Shown in pieces: positions 52,886 to 62,708 of a stretch of DNA of 64,000 nt (within the stretch, counting starts at the first letter, position 1; each line of letters begins with the position of its first letter). The notes under the pieces are model-generated. The model saw nothing but the letters and a program-made list of their open reading frames with translations, was not told the origin of the DNA and did no database searches. The translations under genes were made by a program, and so were the position numbers. Origin of the DNA: an uncultured Fibrobacteraceae bacterium (lineage in GTDB: Bacteria > Krumholzibacteriota > Krumholzibacteriia > LZORAL124-64-63); the NCBI GenBank assembly GCA_964399195.1, contig CAYNPY010000006.1, forward strand, positions 9,621 to 73,620, written 5' to 3'.

Positions 52886-55750
52886 CTAGCCGCCGAGGAC
52901 TTCCCTGACCTTGGCCACCAGGTCACCCGGCGAGAAGGGTTTCTGGAGGAAGTGCACGCCCGGGTCCAGGACGCCCTGCTTGGCGATGACGTTGGCCGTG
53001 TAGCCGGACATGAAGAGGTGCCGGACGGCGGGGTGTGCGGCCCGCAGCCGCGCGGCCAGGTCGCGGCCGTTCATCTCCGGCATGATCACGTCGCTCAGCA
53101 GCAGGTCGATCCGGTCGCCGTGCGCGTCGGCCAGGCGCAGCGCCTCGCCCGGGGTGCGCGCCGGCAGCACGGCGTACCCCTGCCGCTCGAGCACGCGCTG
53201 GGTGAGCTCCAATATGGCCGGCTCGTCCTCCACCAGCAGAATGGTCTCGCTGCCCCGCGGCGCGGTCTGCGGCCGGCGTTCCGGCGGCTCCGCCGCCGCG
53301 GCGACGTGCCGCGGCAGGTAGATCTTAAATGTCGTGCCCAGGCCCGGCTCGCTGTAGACGTTGACGAAGCCTTGGTTCTGTCTGACGACGCCGTAGACGG
53401 TGGCCAGGCCCAGCCCTGTTCCCTGCCCCACGTCCTTGGTCGTGAAGAACGGCTCGAAGAGATGGGCCTGCGTCTCGGCGTCCATGCCGCAGCCGTTGTC
53501 GCTCACCGCCAGCAGCACGAATTCGCCCGGCATGAGGCCCGCGTGCTGCGCGCAGTGGTCCTCGTCGAAAGCGACGTTTCCCGTCTCGAGGGTCACCCTG
53601 CCCACGCCGGCGATGGCATCGCGGGCATTCACGCACAGGTTGGCCAGGATCTGGTCCACCTGGCTGGGGTCGAGGCAAACCGGCCACAGGTCAGCCCCCG
53701 GCAACCAGGCCAGGTCGACATCCTCGCCGATGAGCCTTCGGAGCATCTTGACCATGCTCTCGATGGTCGCGTTGAGGTCGAGCACCCTGGGCGCGATGGT
53801 CTGCTTGCGCGCGAACGCCAGCAGTTGCCGGGTCAGGTCGGCCGAGCGCTGGGCGGCCTTCCGGATCTCCTCCAGGTTGGCATGCAGCGCGCTGTCGGGT
53901 TCGACCTGCTCGAGCGCCAGCTCGGCGTGCCCCAGGATGACGCCCAGCATGTTGTTGAAGTCGTGGGCCACGCCGCCGGCCAGGCGGCCCACCGACTCCA
54001 TCTTCTGGGCCTGAGTGAGCTGCGCCTGGAGCCCGACGCGCTCCTCCTCCGCCTGCTTGCGCGCGGTGATGTCGGTGTGGGTGCCGAGCATCCGCAGCGG
54101 CCGGCCCGCGGCGTCGCGTTCGACGATCTTGCCGACCGAGAGGATCCACTTCCAGTCGCCGGCCGCGGTGCGCTGGCGGAACTCCACCTGGTAGTGTGGC
54201 AGCCTTCCGGCCACGTAGTCGCGATAGATGGCGGCCACGCGGGCATGGTCGCCGGGGTGGAGCCGCTCGAGCCACGCCGCGTTGGATTCCTCGAACGTGC
54301 CCGGATCGTGGCCCAGCATGGTGGCGTATTCGGGGCTGACCGTGGCCTTGCCGGTGCGCAGATCCAGGTCGTAGAGCCCCTGGTTCGCCGCCATGATGGC
54401 CAGTCGCAGCCGCTCTTCGCTTTCGCGCAGGGCGTCCTCTGCCCGCTTGCGCCGGGTGATGTCGCGCGTGATGGACAGAATGTGGGGCTCACCGTCGATT
54501 TCGATCAGCGTGGCCGACATGAGCCCCGTGCGCACGCGTCCGTCCTTGAGTCGGAAGGTCGCCTCGAGGTTGGTCACCTCGCCCTTCTTCTGCAGCTCCG
54601 AAATGAGCCGGCGCCGGTCCTCGGGGTCGTTCCAGATCTCCATCTCGATCGATGTCCGCCCCAGAACCTCCGCCTCCGAGTAGCCGGTGATGGCGGCGAA
54701 GCTCCGGTTGACCGCCACGTAAACGCCGTCCGCCAGACGGTTGATGTTGACGGCGTCCGGCGAGGTGTGGAACGCCTTGGCGAACTTCTCCTCAGAGACG
54801 CGCAGGGCCGCCTCGGCCCGCTGGCGTTCGGCCACTTCGCGTTCCAGATCCGTCACATGCCGCTGAACCGATTCGTAGAGTCGCGCGTTGACGACGGCGA
54901 GGGCGGCCAGATTGGCCAGCGTGCGCGCTTGGTCGACCTGCGCCGCGGAGACGGGTCGCGGCGCGCCCACGCTCCCGACGATGAGCGTGCCGAGGATCTG
55001 CTCTCCGGCGGCCAGGGGCAGGAAGAGCAGCGTGCGCAGGCGGCGGGCTTCGATGATGGCGCGCTCGGCCGGGGACAGGTCGGCCGCGGCCGCGTCCGGC
55101 AGGAGCACCGGGCGCGCGGTGACGATGGCTTCCCGCACGCGCGGGTGGTCGGCCAGCGCCGACCGCCGGTAGGCGTCCGGCATCTCCGGCGGCAGTGGCG
55201 GCGTGGTGGCCTGCAGGTTCAGCCAGTCGCCGTCCTGCAGGTAGATGGCGGCGCTGCCCATCCCCAGCAGCCGGCTGGCGCCGTCCGCGGCGGCCTGCAG
55301 CATGGTCTGAAGGTCCAGGGTGATCGCCAGCGTCCGGCTGAACTCCAGCAGGTGGGCCAGGTCCTCGCCCCGCTGCCGCAGCGCGGTCTCGACCTGTTCG
55401 CAGGCGGCGAGATCCTCGAGGATCGCCAGAAGGGATGGCGGCGCCTCGCCCGGCGACCAGTGCCGCGGCACGGTCAGCCTCACCCGGACATAATGGCCGT
55501 CCGGGTGGCGCAGCCGCAGTTCTCGGGCGGTTTCCCCGACCTCGCCCGCCAGCAACAGGCGCAGATCATCCCGCGCCGCGGCCAGGTCGTCGGCGTGGAC
55601 GAGCGTCCAGAGATCGATCGCCGCCAATTCCCGGCTCGTCTGGCCCAGGAGTTCGCAGCAGCGCCGGTCGGCGTGCAGGAAGCGGCCGGTGGCGGTCTCG
55701 ACCCGGGCGCAGGCCGCGCCGACCGTCGCGGATGCGTCGTTCGGAATCAT
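52886..55750 (-). CDS. hybrid sensor histidine kinase (PAS-GAF-PAS-PAS-HisKA-HATPase-REC)
   Basis: H-box HDFNNML. N/G boxes. C-terminal receiver ILLVEDEP...DLLLSDVIMPEMNG. Confidence 0.9.
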   Translation of the reverse strand: MIPNDASATVGAACARVETATGRFLHADRRCCELLGQTSRELAAIDLWTLVHADDLAAARDDLRLLLAGEVGETARELRLRHPDGHYVRVRLTVPRHWSPGEAPPSLLAILEDLAACEQVETALRQRGEDLAHLLEFSRTLAITLDLQTMLQAAADGASRLLGMGSAAIYLQDGDWLNLQATTPPLPPEMPDAYRRSALADHPRVREAIVTARPVLLPDAAAADLSPAERAIIEARRLRTLLFLPLAAGEQILGTLIVGSVGAPRPVSAAQVDQARTLANLAALAVVNARLYESVQRHVTDLEREVAERQRAEAALRVSEEKFAKAFHTSPDAVNINRLADGVYVAVNRSFAAITGYSEAEVLGRTSIEMEIWNDPEDRRRLISELQKKGEVTNLEATFRLKDGRVRTGLMSATLIEIDGEPHILSITRDITRRKRAEDALRESEERLRLAIMAANQGLYDLDLRTGKATVSPEYATMLGHDPGTFEESNAAWLERLHPGDHARVAAIYRDYVAGRLPHYQVEFRQRTAAGDWKWILSVGKIVERDAAGRPLRMLGTHTDITARKQAEEERVGLQAQLTQAQKMESVGRLAGGVAHDFNNMLGVILGHAELALEQVEPDSALHANLEEIRKAAQRSADLTRQLLAFARKQTIAPRVLDLNATIESMVKMLRRLIGEDVDLAWLPGADLWPVCLDPSQVDQILANLCVNARDAIAGVGRVTLETGNVAFDEDHCAQHAGLMPGEFVLLAVSDNGCGMDAETQAHLFEPFFTTKDVGQGTGLGLATVYGVVRQNQGFVNVYSEPGLGTTFKIYLPRHVAAAAEPPERRPQTAPRGSETILLVEDEPAILELTQRVLERQGYAVLPARTPGEALRLADAHGDRIDLLLSDVIMPEMNGRDLAARLRAAHPAVRHLFMSGYTANVIAKQGVLDPGVHFLQKPFSPGDLVAKVREVLGG

Positions 55751-55821
55751 CGGGCGCTCCCCGGAGTGCGTGGTGCCGTTGGTCGCCAAGCGGTGTTCCG
55801 GCTCACGATAAGCCGCGCCCG

Positions 55822-56301
55822 CTACTCGGGCCAGTCGAACCTTTCGGCCAGCGCCCGCACCGTCGCCTCGACATCGCGTTCGTGAACGACGAAGGAGACG
55901 CTGTTGACCGACGAGCTGATCGACAGCACGGAGAGGCGGTGTTCGGCGAGCGTGGCGATGAACTCGTTGGCCAGTCCGTAGCGCTCCAGGAAGTGCGGAC
56001 CGTAGACGGTCAGGATCGTCACCGGGTGCCAGGTCAGCACGCGGCGCGGCGCCAGCTCGTTCGAGAGCATGGCCAGCAGCGGCTCGGCCCGCGCCAGGTC
56101 CGCGAGGTTCAGGCAGAAACAGAGGTTCTCCCGGTCGTCGGCGTCCCAGGCCACGGTCAGGTAGCAGAGCGGGATGGCGTAGTCCCCGAACCGCTTCAGC
56201 ACGTTGCGCCGATGGCCGGCCAGCGGCTCGAAGCCGCGGAACTCCACGAGGACCAGGTCGCTCCGCCGCGTCAGGCCGCCGCACTGGATCTTGCCGCTCA
56301 C
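55822..56301 (-). CDS. ACT-domain protein (aspartokinase-C-terminal-like)
   Basis: GTG overlaps the upstream HK stop (GTGA) and GGGAGG precedes it. The LTVYGPHF.....G.....F..L......V..IS.S..S.S.VV pattern is present. Confidence 0.55.
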   Translation of the reverse strand: MSGKIQCGGLTRRSDLVLVEFRGFEPLAGHRRNVLKRFGDYAIPLCYLTVAWDADDRENLCFCLNLADLARAEPLLAMLSNELAPRRVLTWHPVTILTVYGPHFLERYGLANEFIATLAEHRLSVLSISSSVNSVSFVVHERDVEATVRALAERFDWPE

Positions 56302-57674
56302 GTCGTTCCTCCCGCGCCGCCGCCGTCCGGCGCCGCCGCCGGCAGGTCGACCGTCACCGTCGTGCCCTGGCCGGGGGCGCTGCGCAGCACCACGGCGCCG
56401 CCCAGCTCGCTGACCAGCCGGTGCACGATGGGCAGGCCCAGCCCCGTGCCCAGGCTCGTGCGTTCGTGCGCGGCCGGGGTCCGGTAGAACTCGTCGAACA
56501 CGCGCCCCTGTTCCTCGGGCGCGATGCCGATGCCTTCGTCGGCGACCTCCAGCCGCGCGCCGTCCGCCAGACGCGAGACCGTGACGGTCACCGGCCCGCC
56601 CGGCCGGTTGTAGCGCACGGCGTTGCTGACCAGGTTGCCCAGGATCTTGGCCACCGCGCCCCCGCTGGTCGTCACCGTGACGGGGCCGTCCGCCGGCGCT
56701 TCCAGCAGCAGGCGCTGGCCCGTGGCCGCCGCCGGCTCGCGCTGCTCGTCCAGCGCGCGCGCCGCCACCGCCGCCAGGTCCACCGGCGCCGGCGGCTCGT
56801 GGCGCAGGATCGCCGGGCGCGTCAGCTCCGCCAGGTCCTTCACCATCTCCGTGGCCTGGTCGAGCCGGCCGCGGGCGCGCTGGAGGAGGTCGCGCGCCCC
56901 CGGCGCCAGCTCCGCGCCGTGGACCTCCAGCGTCGTCTCGATGGCGCTGCGCGCCGTGTACACCGGCGACTTGACCTCGTGCGCGACGAAGCGGAAGAAG
57001 TCGCGCATCGCCACGTCGGCCTGCAGCAACTCGCGCTGCCGCGCCACCAGTTCGTCCCGGATGGCGCGGTTGTGCCGCATGATCGAGGCGCTGACGTAGG
57101 CGCCGCTGAGCATCACGAACCAGAACGAGCCCAGCACGGCGACGATGTACCGCGTCTCGTGCGTCAGCGTGCTGGCGCCCAGCAGGTGGTGGTGCGGGAG
57201 CAGGCCCAGGTGCTCGCCCAGCACTTCGCCCGTGAACAGGGCGATGGCCAACCAGGTGATCTGGAAGACCTCCCGACCCTTGAACAGCAGCGCGGCGATC
57301 ACCACGTGCAGCACGTAGACGTACATGAAGGGATTCTCGACGCCGCCGGTCAGGTTCAGGACGACGGTCAGCAGCACCAGGTCGCAGGCCATCTCCAGCT
57401 TGACGATGCGGATCTCGGTGCGGATCGAGCGCGCGGGCAGCAGGCGGTTGCGGATGATGTAGCCCAGGTTCACCAGGGCCAGGATGCCGGCCACCCACAA
57501 GGTGGGGACCACCGGCAGGGGAATGATCGTGAAGCCGCCCAGCACCGTCACGGTCGCCAGCAGGACGGCGACCGCGCCCCAGCGCAGGCGGTTGAACCAG
57601 TCCAGCCGGCGCCGGAGCGACGTCGCCGAGACGAACAGGGAGGCCTCGAGGCTCAGGGTCTGTTCCGGCCGCAA
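56298..57674 (-). CDS. membrane sensor histidine kinase
   Basis: About six N-terminal TM helices. H-box FVAHEVKSP. HATPase_c motifs (NAVRYN, DEGIGI, GTGLGL). Confidence 0.85.
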   Translation of the reverse strand: MRPEQTLSLEASLFVSATSLRRRLDWFNRLRWGAVAVLLATVTVLGGFTIIPLPVVPTLWVAGILALVNLGYIIRNRLLPARSIRTEIRIVKLEMACDLVLLTVVLNLTGGVENPFMYVYVLHVVIAALLFKGREVFQITWLAIALFTGEVLGEHLGLLPHHHLLGASTLTHETRYIVAVLGSFWFVMLSGAYVSASIMRHNRAIRDELVARQRELLQADVAMRDFFRFVAHEVKSPVYTARSAIETTLEVHGAELAPGARDLLQRARGRLDQATEMVKDLAELTRPAILRHEPPAPVDLAAVAARALDEQREPAAATGQRLLLEAPADGPVTVTTSGGAVAKILGNLVSNAVRYNRPGGPVTVTVSRLADGARLEVADEGIGIAPEEQGRVFDEFYRTPAAHERTSLGTGLGLPIVHRLVSELGGAVVLRSAPGQGTTVTVDLPAAAPDGGGAGGTT

Positions 57675-57712
57675 CCGAGCCTCCCGGCTGGAGCGCGGGA
57701 CGGGCCCGCGGC

Positions 57713-58108
57713 TCAGGTCGTCGTCGGCAGGTGCTTGCGCACCAGGTCCACCAGCCGGCGCGGGCTGACGGGCTTCTCCAGGAACTCGCTGACCGGCAGG
57801 AACTCGGCGTCCCGGCCCTTGTCGAAGGTGAAGCCGGTCCGCTCGCCCACCGCCGACATCATGATGATCGGGATGTCCTTCGTCAACGGTTCCGCGCGCA
57901 GCTGATACGCGACCTGGAAGCCCTCGTCGATGGTGCTCATCATCACGTCCAGCAGGATCAGGTCGGGCCGCCGCTCCTTCGCCAGGGCGAAGCCGCGCTC
58001 GCCGTTCTGGGCATCGATCACCTTCATCTTCTCGCGCTCGAGCGTGACCCGGATGATCTCCACCAGGTCGATGTCGTCGTCGATGACCAGAACCGTACGC
58101 TCACTCAT
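57713..58108 (-). CDS. single-domain response regulator (receiver only)
   Basis: VLVIDDD...DLILLDVMM...K, 131 aa, with no output domain. It overlaps the protease gene by 8 nt. Confidence 0.9.
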   Translation of the reverse strand: MSERTVLVIDDDIDLVEIIRVTLEREKMKVIDAQNGERGFALAKERRPDLILLDVMMSTIDEGFQVAYQLRAEPLTKDIPIIMMSAVGERTGFTFDKGRDAEFLPVSEFLEKPVSPRRLVDLVRKHLPTTT

Positions 58109-58547
58109 GGCGCTGGACCTCCGCCTGGATGATCTCCACCACGCGGGGCACCGCCGCGGCCACCGCGTCCGACAATCCCGTGCCGGGCGTCACGCCCGCC
58201 GGCTCCACGCCGACGACCAGCAGGTCGCTCGGCATCCGTCCCAGCCGCCCGGCCAGCGCGAACGCCTCGGCCAGGCCCAATCCGTGCACGGACAGCCCGT
58301 CGCCGCCGAGGCGCAGCCGGGCCTCTTCCGGGCTGAAAGCGGCCACGGCGCCGGGCTCGCGTCCCATCCGCGCCGCGTCGACGATCACGCACGGCTCGTC
58401 CGGCCGCAGCGCCTCCACCAGGGCCAGCGCGTCGGTGCCCAGGTCCGCCAGGCGCAGCGAAGGCGACGTGGCGGCCAGCTCGGCCAGCACCGCCGCGCCG
58501 ACCCCGTCGTCCCCACAGAACGGGTTGCCCACCGCGATGACCTGCAC
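58101..58547 (-). CDS. hydrogenase maturation endopeptidase (HyaD/HoxW/FrhD family)
   Basis: VIAVGNPFCGDDGVG...DA......G......H. It lies immediately downstream of the large subunit. Confidence 0.85.
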   Translation of the reverse strand: MQVIAVGNPFCGDDGVGAAVLAELAATSPSLRLADLGTDALALVEALRPDEPCVIVDAARMGREPGAVAAFSPEEARLRLGGDGLSVHGLGLAEAFALAGRLGRMPSDLLVVGVEPAGVTPGTGLSDAVAAAVPRVVEIIQAEVQRHE

Positions 58548-58557
58548 GTCCGCCCGC

Positions 58558-59865
58558 CTACTCTTCGAACTGCACGTCGAGCATGTGCACCGAGCAGCTG
58601 ATGCACGGGTCGTAGGCCCGCACCAGCATCTCCAGCCAGGAGGTGATTTCCTCCTTCGACTTCGCGCCCACGATCTCCGGCACCAGCTTCTTCATGTCGT
58701 CGTCGATGTTGGCCAGGTTCTGCCCCGTCGGGATGATGCAGTTGGCCTTCACGACGCGCGCCTGCCGGTCGTAGGTGTACTCGTGGTAGAGGATGCCTCG
58801 CGGCACCTCGGTGGCGCCGATGCCGGTGCCGAACCGCTTCGGCTCCTGGTCCGGCAGCTCTTCCTTGAGGCCGTCCGCCAGCAGCCGGTCGATGATCGCG
58901 ACGGCGTCCAGCGCGCAGTGCCCGGCCTCGACCACCTGCGCCACCGTGTTGAAGTACGGGTTGGCGCAGCCGGGCTCCAGGCCCAGCGCCGCCGCCGCCT
59001 GCCTCGCCTCGGGGCACAGCTTGTCGTGGTTGTTGTTCCAGCGGGCCAGGGCGCCCACCATGTAGCTGCTGCGGTTCGCCTTGCAGTGTTTGCTGGTGCT
59101 GTGCGGAACCACGAACTCGTTGGTCAGGCGCCGGTACTCGCGGTCGGGCGCGCGGCCGGTGTCCGTGCTGCAGATGTCGCCGTCGTACAGCGCGTACTCG
59201 TCGTCACAGCGCAGCGAGATGTATTCGGTCGGGCGCTCGAACCGCGGGATGGCCCCGGCCAGCGCCTTCATCGTCTCCACCGTGGCCAGCCAGTCGGGCA
59301 CCATCTCCTCGACCAGGCGCCGGCGCAGCTCGCGCAGCGCGCCCGCCGCCGGGATCTGGGTGAAGCCGCCGGGCACGCAGGTGATCGGGTGCACGGCCCG
59401 GCCGCCCACCACGTCGCCGATGTCGTTGGCCAGCTTCTTCATGCGCAGCGCCCGCAGCACCACCTCCGGGTGCGTGCCCACCAGCGGGATCACCGACTTG
59501 ACCTTCAGGAAGTCGGGCGCCGCCAGGAAGTAGGCGTGCAGCACGTTCGACTGCAGCGTGGCGCCGTGCACCAGCAGCTTGCGCAGCCGGATCGTCTGGT
59601 CGCTGACCGTCAATCCGAGAGCCTGCTCGGTCGCCTTCAGCGACGTCAGCTGGTGGCCCAGCGAGCAGATGCCGCAGATGCGCGAGGTGATGATCGCCGC
59701 CTCGTGGAAGCTGCGACCCTTGAGCAGGGCCTCGAAATAGCGCGGCGCCTCGACGATGTCCAACTGCGCCTTCTTCAGCACGCCGTTCTTCATGTCGACG
59801 ACGATGTTGCCGTGGCCCTCGACGCGGGTCAGGTGCTTGACGTTGATGTCCAGATCCCTGCTCAT
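58558..59865 (-). CDS. [NiFe]-hydrogenase large subunit, group 3b (alpha)
   Basis: N-terminal RICGICSLGH. C-terminal DPCISCSVH followed by a short cleavable tail MLDVQFEE. About 435 aa, typical of group 3. Confidence 0.95.
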   Translation of the reverse strand: MSRDLDINVKHLTRVEGHGNIVVDMKNGVLKKAQLDIVEAPRYFEALLKGRSFHEAAIITSRICGICSLGHQLTSLKATEQALGLTVSDQTIRLRKLLVHGATLQSNVLHAYFLAAPDFLKVKSVIPLVGTHPEVVLRALRMKKLANDIGDVVGGRAVHPITCVPGGFTQIPAAGALRELRRRLVEEMVPDWLATVETMKALAGAIPRFERPTEYISLRCDDEYALYDGDICSTDTGRAPDREYRRLTNEFVVPHSTSKHCKANRSSYMVGALARWNNNHDKLCPEARQAAAALGLEPGCANPYFNTVAQVVEAGHCALDAVAIIDRLLADGLKEELPDQEPKRFGTGIGATEVPRGILYHEYTYDRQARVVKANCIIPTGQNLANIDDDMKKLVPEIVGAKSKEEITSWLEMLVRAYDPCISCSVHMLDVQFEE

Positions 59866-60629
59866 ACCCTGACCCCCTGCAGTCGGTAGGCGTTGTAGAG
59901 TTGCAGGCGCTTCCAGGCTTCGTCCACGGCCAGCCCGTGCGCGGTCAGCGTCTCGGCCATGCCCTGCAGGTTGGGCTCGGAGACCAGGCCGCGGCAACCG
60001 ATGCAGTACTGCCCGAAGTTCGTGCACTGGCTGTTGCAGCCGGCGCGCGTCACCGGCCCCAGGCAGATCATGCCCTTGCCGTAGACGCACTCGTTCTCGT
60101 TGAGCTTGCACTCGACGCAGACGGCCTGGTCCGGCTCGATCGGCTTCTTGCCCATGACCAGCGCCGTGAAGAGCTTCAGGAACTCGATCTGCGTCATCGG
60201 GCAGCCGCGCACGTTGTGGTCGACCTTGACCACGGCCGACAGCGGCAGCGCCGGCAGCGTCGGGAACAGGTACTGGTCCTGGCCGTAGACCGTCTCCCGC
60301 ACCTCCTCGATCGGGTGCAGGTTCTTGATCGCGTTGACGCCGCCGTCCACCGCGCAGGCGCCCAGCGCCACCAGCACCTTCGAACGCCGCCGGATGTCGT
60401 GGATGCGCTTGATGCAATCGGGCGTGGACAGCGCCCCCTCGACGAAGGCGATGTCGTACTCCTCGGCACGGTCGTCCATGGCCTCGCGCCACTCGACGAT
60501 GTCGACCTGCGCCAGGATGTCCAGAAGCTGGTCCTCGAAGTTCAGCTGGCTGAGCTCGCAGCCCTCGCAGCCGGTGAAATCGAAGATGGCCACCTTGGGC
60601 TTCCTGGCTTCGCTGGGCTTGTTGGCCAT
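59862..60629 (-). CDS. [NiFe]-hydrogenase small subunit, group 3b (delta)
   Basis: ATGA coupling at both ends. FDFTGCEGCE. GACA..GG. Distal FeS cysteine clusters. Confidence 0.9.
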   Translation of the reverse strand: MANKPSEARKPKVAIFDFTGCEGCELSQLNFEDQLLDILAQVDIVEWREAMDDRAEEYDIAFVEGALSTPDCIKRIHDIRRRSKVLVALGACAVDGGVNAIKNLHPIEEVRETVYGQDQYLFPTLPALPLSAVVKVDHNVRGCPMTQIEFLKLFTALVMGKKPIEPDQAVCVECKLNENECVYGKGMICLGPVTRAGCNSQCTNFGQYCIGCRGLVSEPNLQGMAETLTAHGLAVDEAWKRLQLYNAYRLQGVRV

Positions 60630-61480
60630 CACAGCGCCTCCCGCAGCTTCGCGATGTCGGGCAGGTGGTAGACCGGCCCGTCCTGGCAGACGTAGGTGCT
60701 GTCGATCTGGCAGTGCCCGCACTTGCCGACGCCGCACTTCATGCGCCGCTCCAGCGACAGGTAGACGTTGCGATCCGGAAGCCCCTTGCCGCGCAGCGTC
60801 AGCACCACGAACCGGTACATGACCGGCGGCCCGCAGATGCAGCAGACGGTGTTCGGCAGGTCCAGGTCCAGGCCGGGGATCAGCGTCGTGATGACGCCGG
60901 TCCTCCCGCTCCACGCCTCCGAGCCGCGGTCGACCGTGACGTGGTACTCGATGCGGGGGTCCTTCTCCCAGGCCGCCAACTCGTCGGTGAACAGCAACTC
61001 CGTGTCGGAGCGGCTGCCGTAGCAGATGATGAGGCGCCCGAACTGGTCGCGGTTGTCCCTCACGTAATTGATCATCGACCGCATGGGCACCAGGCCGATG
61101 CCGCCGGCGATGATCAGCACGTCCTTGCCGCGGAACTTCTCGACGTCGATGCCGTTGCCGAAAGGCCCGCGGATCCCGATCTTCCGCCCCGGTCCGTAAC
61201 CAGCCAGCACCTCGGTCAGCATGCCGACGCGGCGGATGCCCATCTCGAATTCGCCCCTGCGCGTGGGCGACGACGAGATCGAGATGGGCGCCTCGCCGAC
61301 GCCGAACAGCGACACCTCCACGAATTGCCCCGGCTTGTGGCCGAGGTCGCGGCCGCCGGGCAGCTTCACCGTGTAGAGCGTCTCCATCGCCGTGAGCCGG
61401 CGCACGGCCGTGATCTCGGCCATCTCCGGCAGGTACAGTTCCCGGGTCTCGAGCCCCGGCTTCAGGGTCTGCAGTTCCAC
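60629..61480 (-). CDS. FAD/NAD(P)-binding oxidoreductase subunit with a C-terminal 2Fe-2S cluster (gamma, HydG/AsrB-like)
   Basis: GQFVEVS, IAGGIGLVPMRSM, C-terminal CGVGKCGHC. Confidence 0.9.
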   Translation of the reverse strand: MELQTLKPGLETRELYLPEMAEITAVRRLTAMETLYTVKLPGGRDLGHKPGQFVEVSLFGVGEAPISISSSPTRRGEFEMGIRRVGMLTEVLAGYGPGRKIGIRGPFGNGIDVEKFRGKDVLIIAGGIGLVPMRSMINYVRDNRDQFGRLIICYGSRSDTELLFTDELAAWEKDPRIEYHVTVDRGSEAWSGRTGVITTLIPGLDLDLPNTVCCICGPPVMYRFVVLTLRGKGLPDRNVYLSLERRMKCGVGKCGHCQIDSTYVCQDGPVYHLPDIAKLREAL

Positions 61481-61510
61481 GCCGTCCCTCCCGTGGGAAG
61501 CCCTTCGCAG

Positions 61511-62533
61511 CTAGGCCGTGACCTGTTCCTCGCGCTCGGCGTCCCGCACCAGCCGATTGACGATCTCGACGATGCTGATGCCGGCCGTGCAATACGCCGT
61601 GCAGCGTCCGCAGCCCACGCACCACGGCTGTCCCGTGGCGTCGCTCAGGTACTTGAACTTGCGGTGCACGCGGTGGCGCTGCCGGGCGCCCACCTTGTGG
61701 CGGAAGATCTCGCCGCCGGCCACCTCGGTGAAGCCGCGCAGCATGCAGCCGTCCCAAGTGCGCTCTCGGCGCCCGCCGTCGACGGTGACGGCGACGTGGT
61801 CCTGCACGTCGAAGCAGTAGCACGTCGGGCAGACCAGGTTGCAGGTGCCGCAGCCGGTGCAGTTGCGCGAGGCCTCTTCCCACACGGGGTGGTTGTAGCT
61901 GCCGGCCATGATCTCGTTCAGGCGCGCCTGCGGCACGTAGATGTGCTGCGTGAAGTGCTCGCGCTTCGGCTTGGGCCGCGCGTCGGCGGGCAGCGGGAAG
62001 CCCTTGAGAAGCTCCTGCCCCGCGGGCGTCAGGACGTCGACGATCCAGCCTTCCGGGTGCTTCGTCAGGAACGCGTCGCAGCCGGCCGTGTCGTAGGGGT
62101 CGATCCCGACCGAGCCGGCGAAGTGCCACTTGTCCGGCGCGTACGAGACGCCGACGAACAGCGCGCCCTGGCGCCGCGTCACGTAGTTCCGCTCCGGGTT
62201 GCCGTGCAGGAAGTTGTGGTCCAGGCGGCGCACCGCGGCCAGGTCGTAGGAGTGCACGCCCAGGTAGACCGCCGGCGCCGGCGCGAGCTCCGGCACCGTC
62301 GCCGTGTTCGTCCCGAGGTCGAACTCCAGAAGCGTCTCGCGCGCCGGCAGGAAGTACTTCTTCACCGAGCCGAGCGTCCGCGGGTAGTCCAGCACGACGG
62401 CGGTCGGGTCGCTGACCGGCTCGAAGGCGAACGAGCGGCGGCCGCGCCGGTGCGGGGCAAAGACCGGGTGGCGCTTCATGAGGTGGGCGACGAAGTCGGC
62501 GACCTGCGCCGTCGCCAGGAAATGCTGTGCCAT
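61511..62533 (-). CDS. 4Fe-4S dicluster subunit (beta, HydB/AsrA-like)
   Basis: CTGCGTCNLVCPTCYC and CVGCGRCTAYCTAG ferredoxin motifs. Confidence 0.85.
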   Translation of the reverse strand: MAQHFLATAQVADFVAHLMKRHPVFAPHRRGRRSFAFEPVSDPTAVVLDYPRTLGSVKKYFLPARETLLEFDLGTNTATVPELAPAPAVYLGVHSYDLAAVRRLDHNFLHGNPERNYVTRRQGALFVGVSYAPDKWHFAGSVGIDPYDTAGCDAFLTKHPEGWIVDVLTPAGQELLKGFPLPADARPKPKREHFTQHIYVPQARLNEIMAGSYNHPVWEEASRNCTGCGTCNLVCPTCYCFDVQDHVAVTVDGGRRERTWDGCMLRGFTEVAGGEIFRHKVGARQRHRVHRKFKYLSDATGQPWCVGCGRCTAYCTAGISIVEIVNRLVRDAEREEQVTA

Positions 62534-62618
62534 GCATGCACCCCTCGTGGTTGGTTCGCAGGAGCGCGGCTGGCGCGCCACGCCCACCGGCGCCGGGTAT
62601 CGGCCGGCGGCGCCGTCT

Positions 62619-62670
62619 GCTGTTTGAAAATGTTATTTGATAAACAATCGAAGGCAAGAAAAATCGCAAG
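62619..62670 (-). promoter_or_regulatory. AT-rich island upstream of the hydrogenase operon (probable promoter/operator region)
   Basis: ctgtttgaaaatgttatttgataaacaatcgaaggcaagaaaaatcgc has sharply lower GC than its surroundings. It contains TGTTT-N16-AAACA. I could not assign convincing -35/-10 boxes. Confidence 0.3.
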
Positions 62671-62708
62671 TGTCCATGTGTCAACGTGTTGGCGGATAAG
62701 TGCGATCT

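Noticed and set aside
58558..58600. Possibility that the hydrogenase is a [NiFeSe] enzyme, given the selenium theme.
   Set aside because: The C-terminal metal-binding motif is DPCISCSVH with ordinary Cys codons. There is no in-frame TGA in the large subunit.
59862..62684. The 940-aa ORF (59862-62684) and the 558-aa ORF (55822-57498) taken as single large proteins.
   Set aside because: Only their 3' portions are real: the hydrogenase small subunit (59862-60629) and the ACT protein (55822-56301). The upstream parts are open-frame read-through across genes encoded in other frames, and they have junk composition.
62619..62700. Explicit -35/-10 assignment for the hydrogenase promoter. A perfect TTGACA lies on the minus strand at 62684-62679.
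   Set aside because: The hexamer 17 nt downstream is TTTCTT, which is a poor -10. An alternative, TTGCCT-16-TAACAT, is only moderate. I report only the AT-rich island and do not commit to a promoter.
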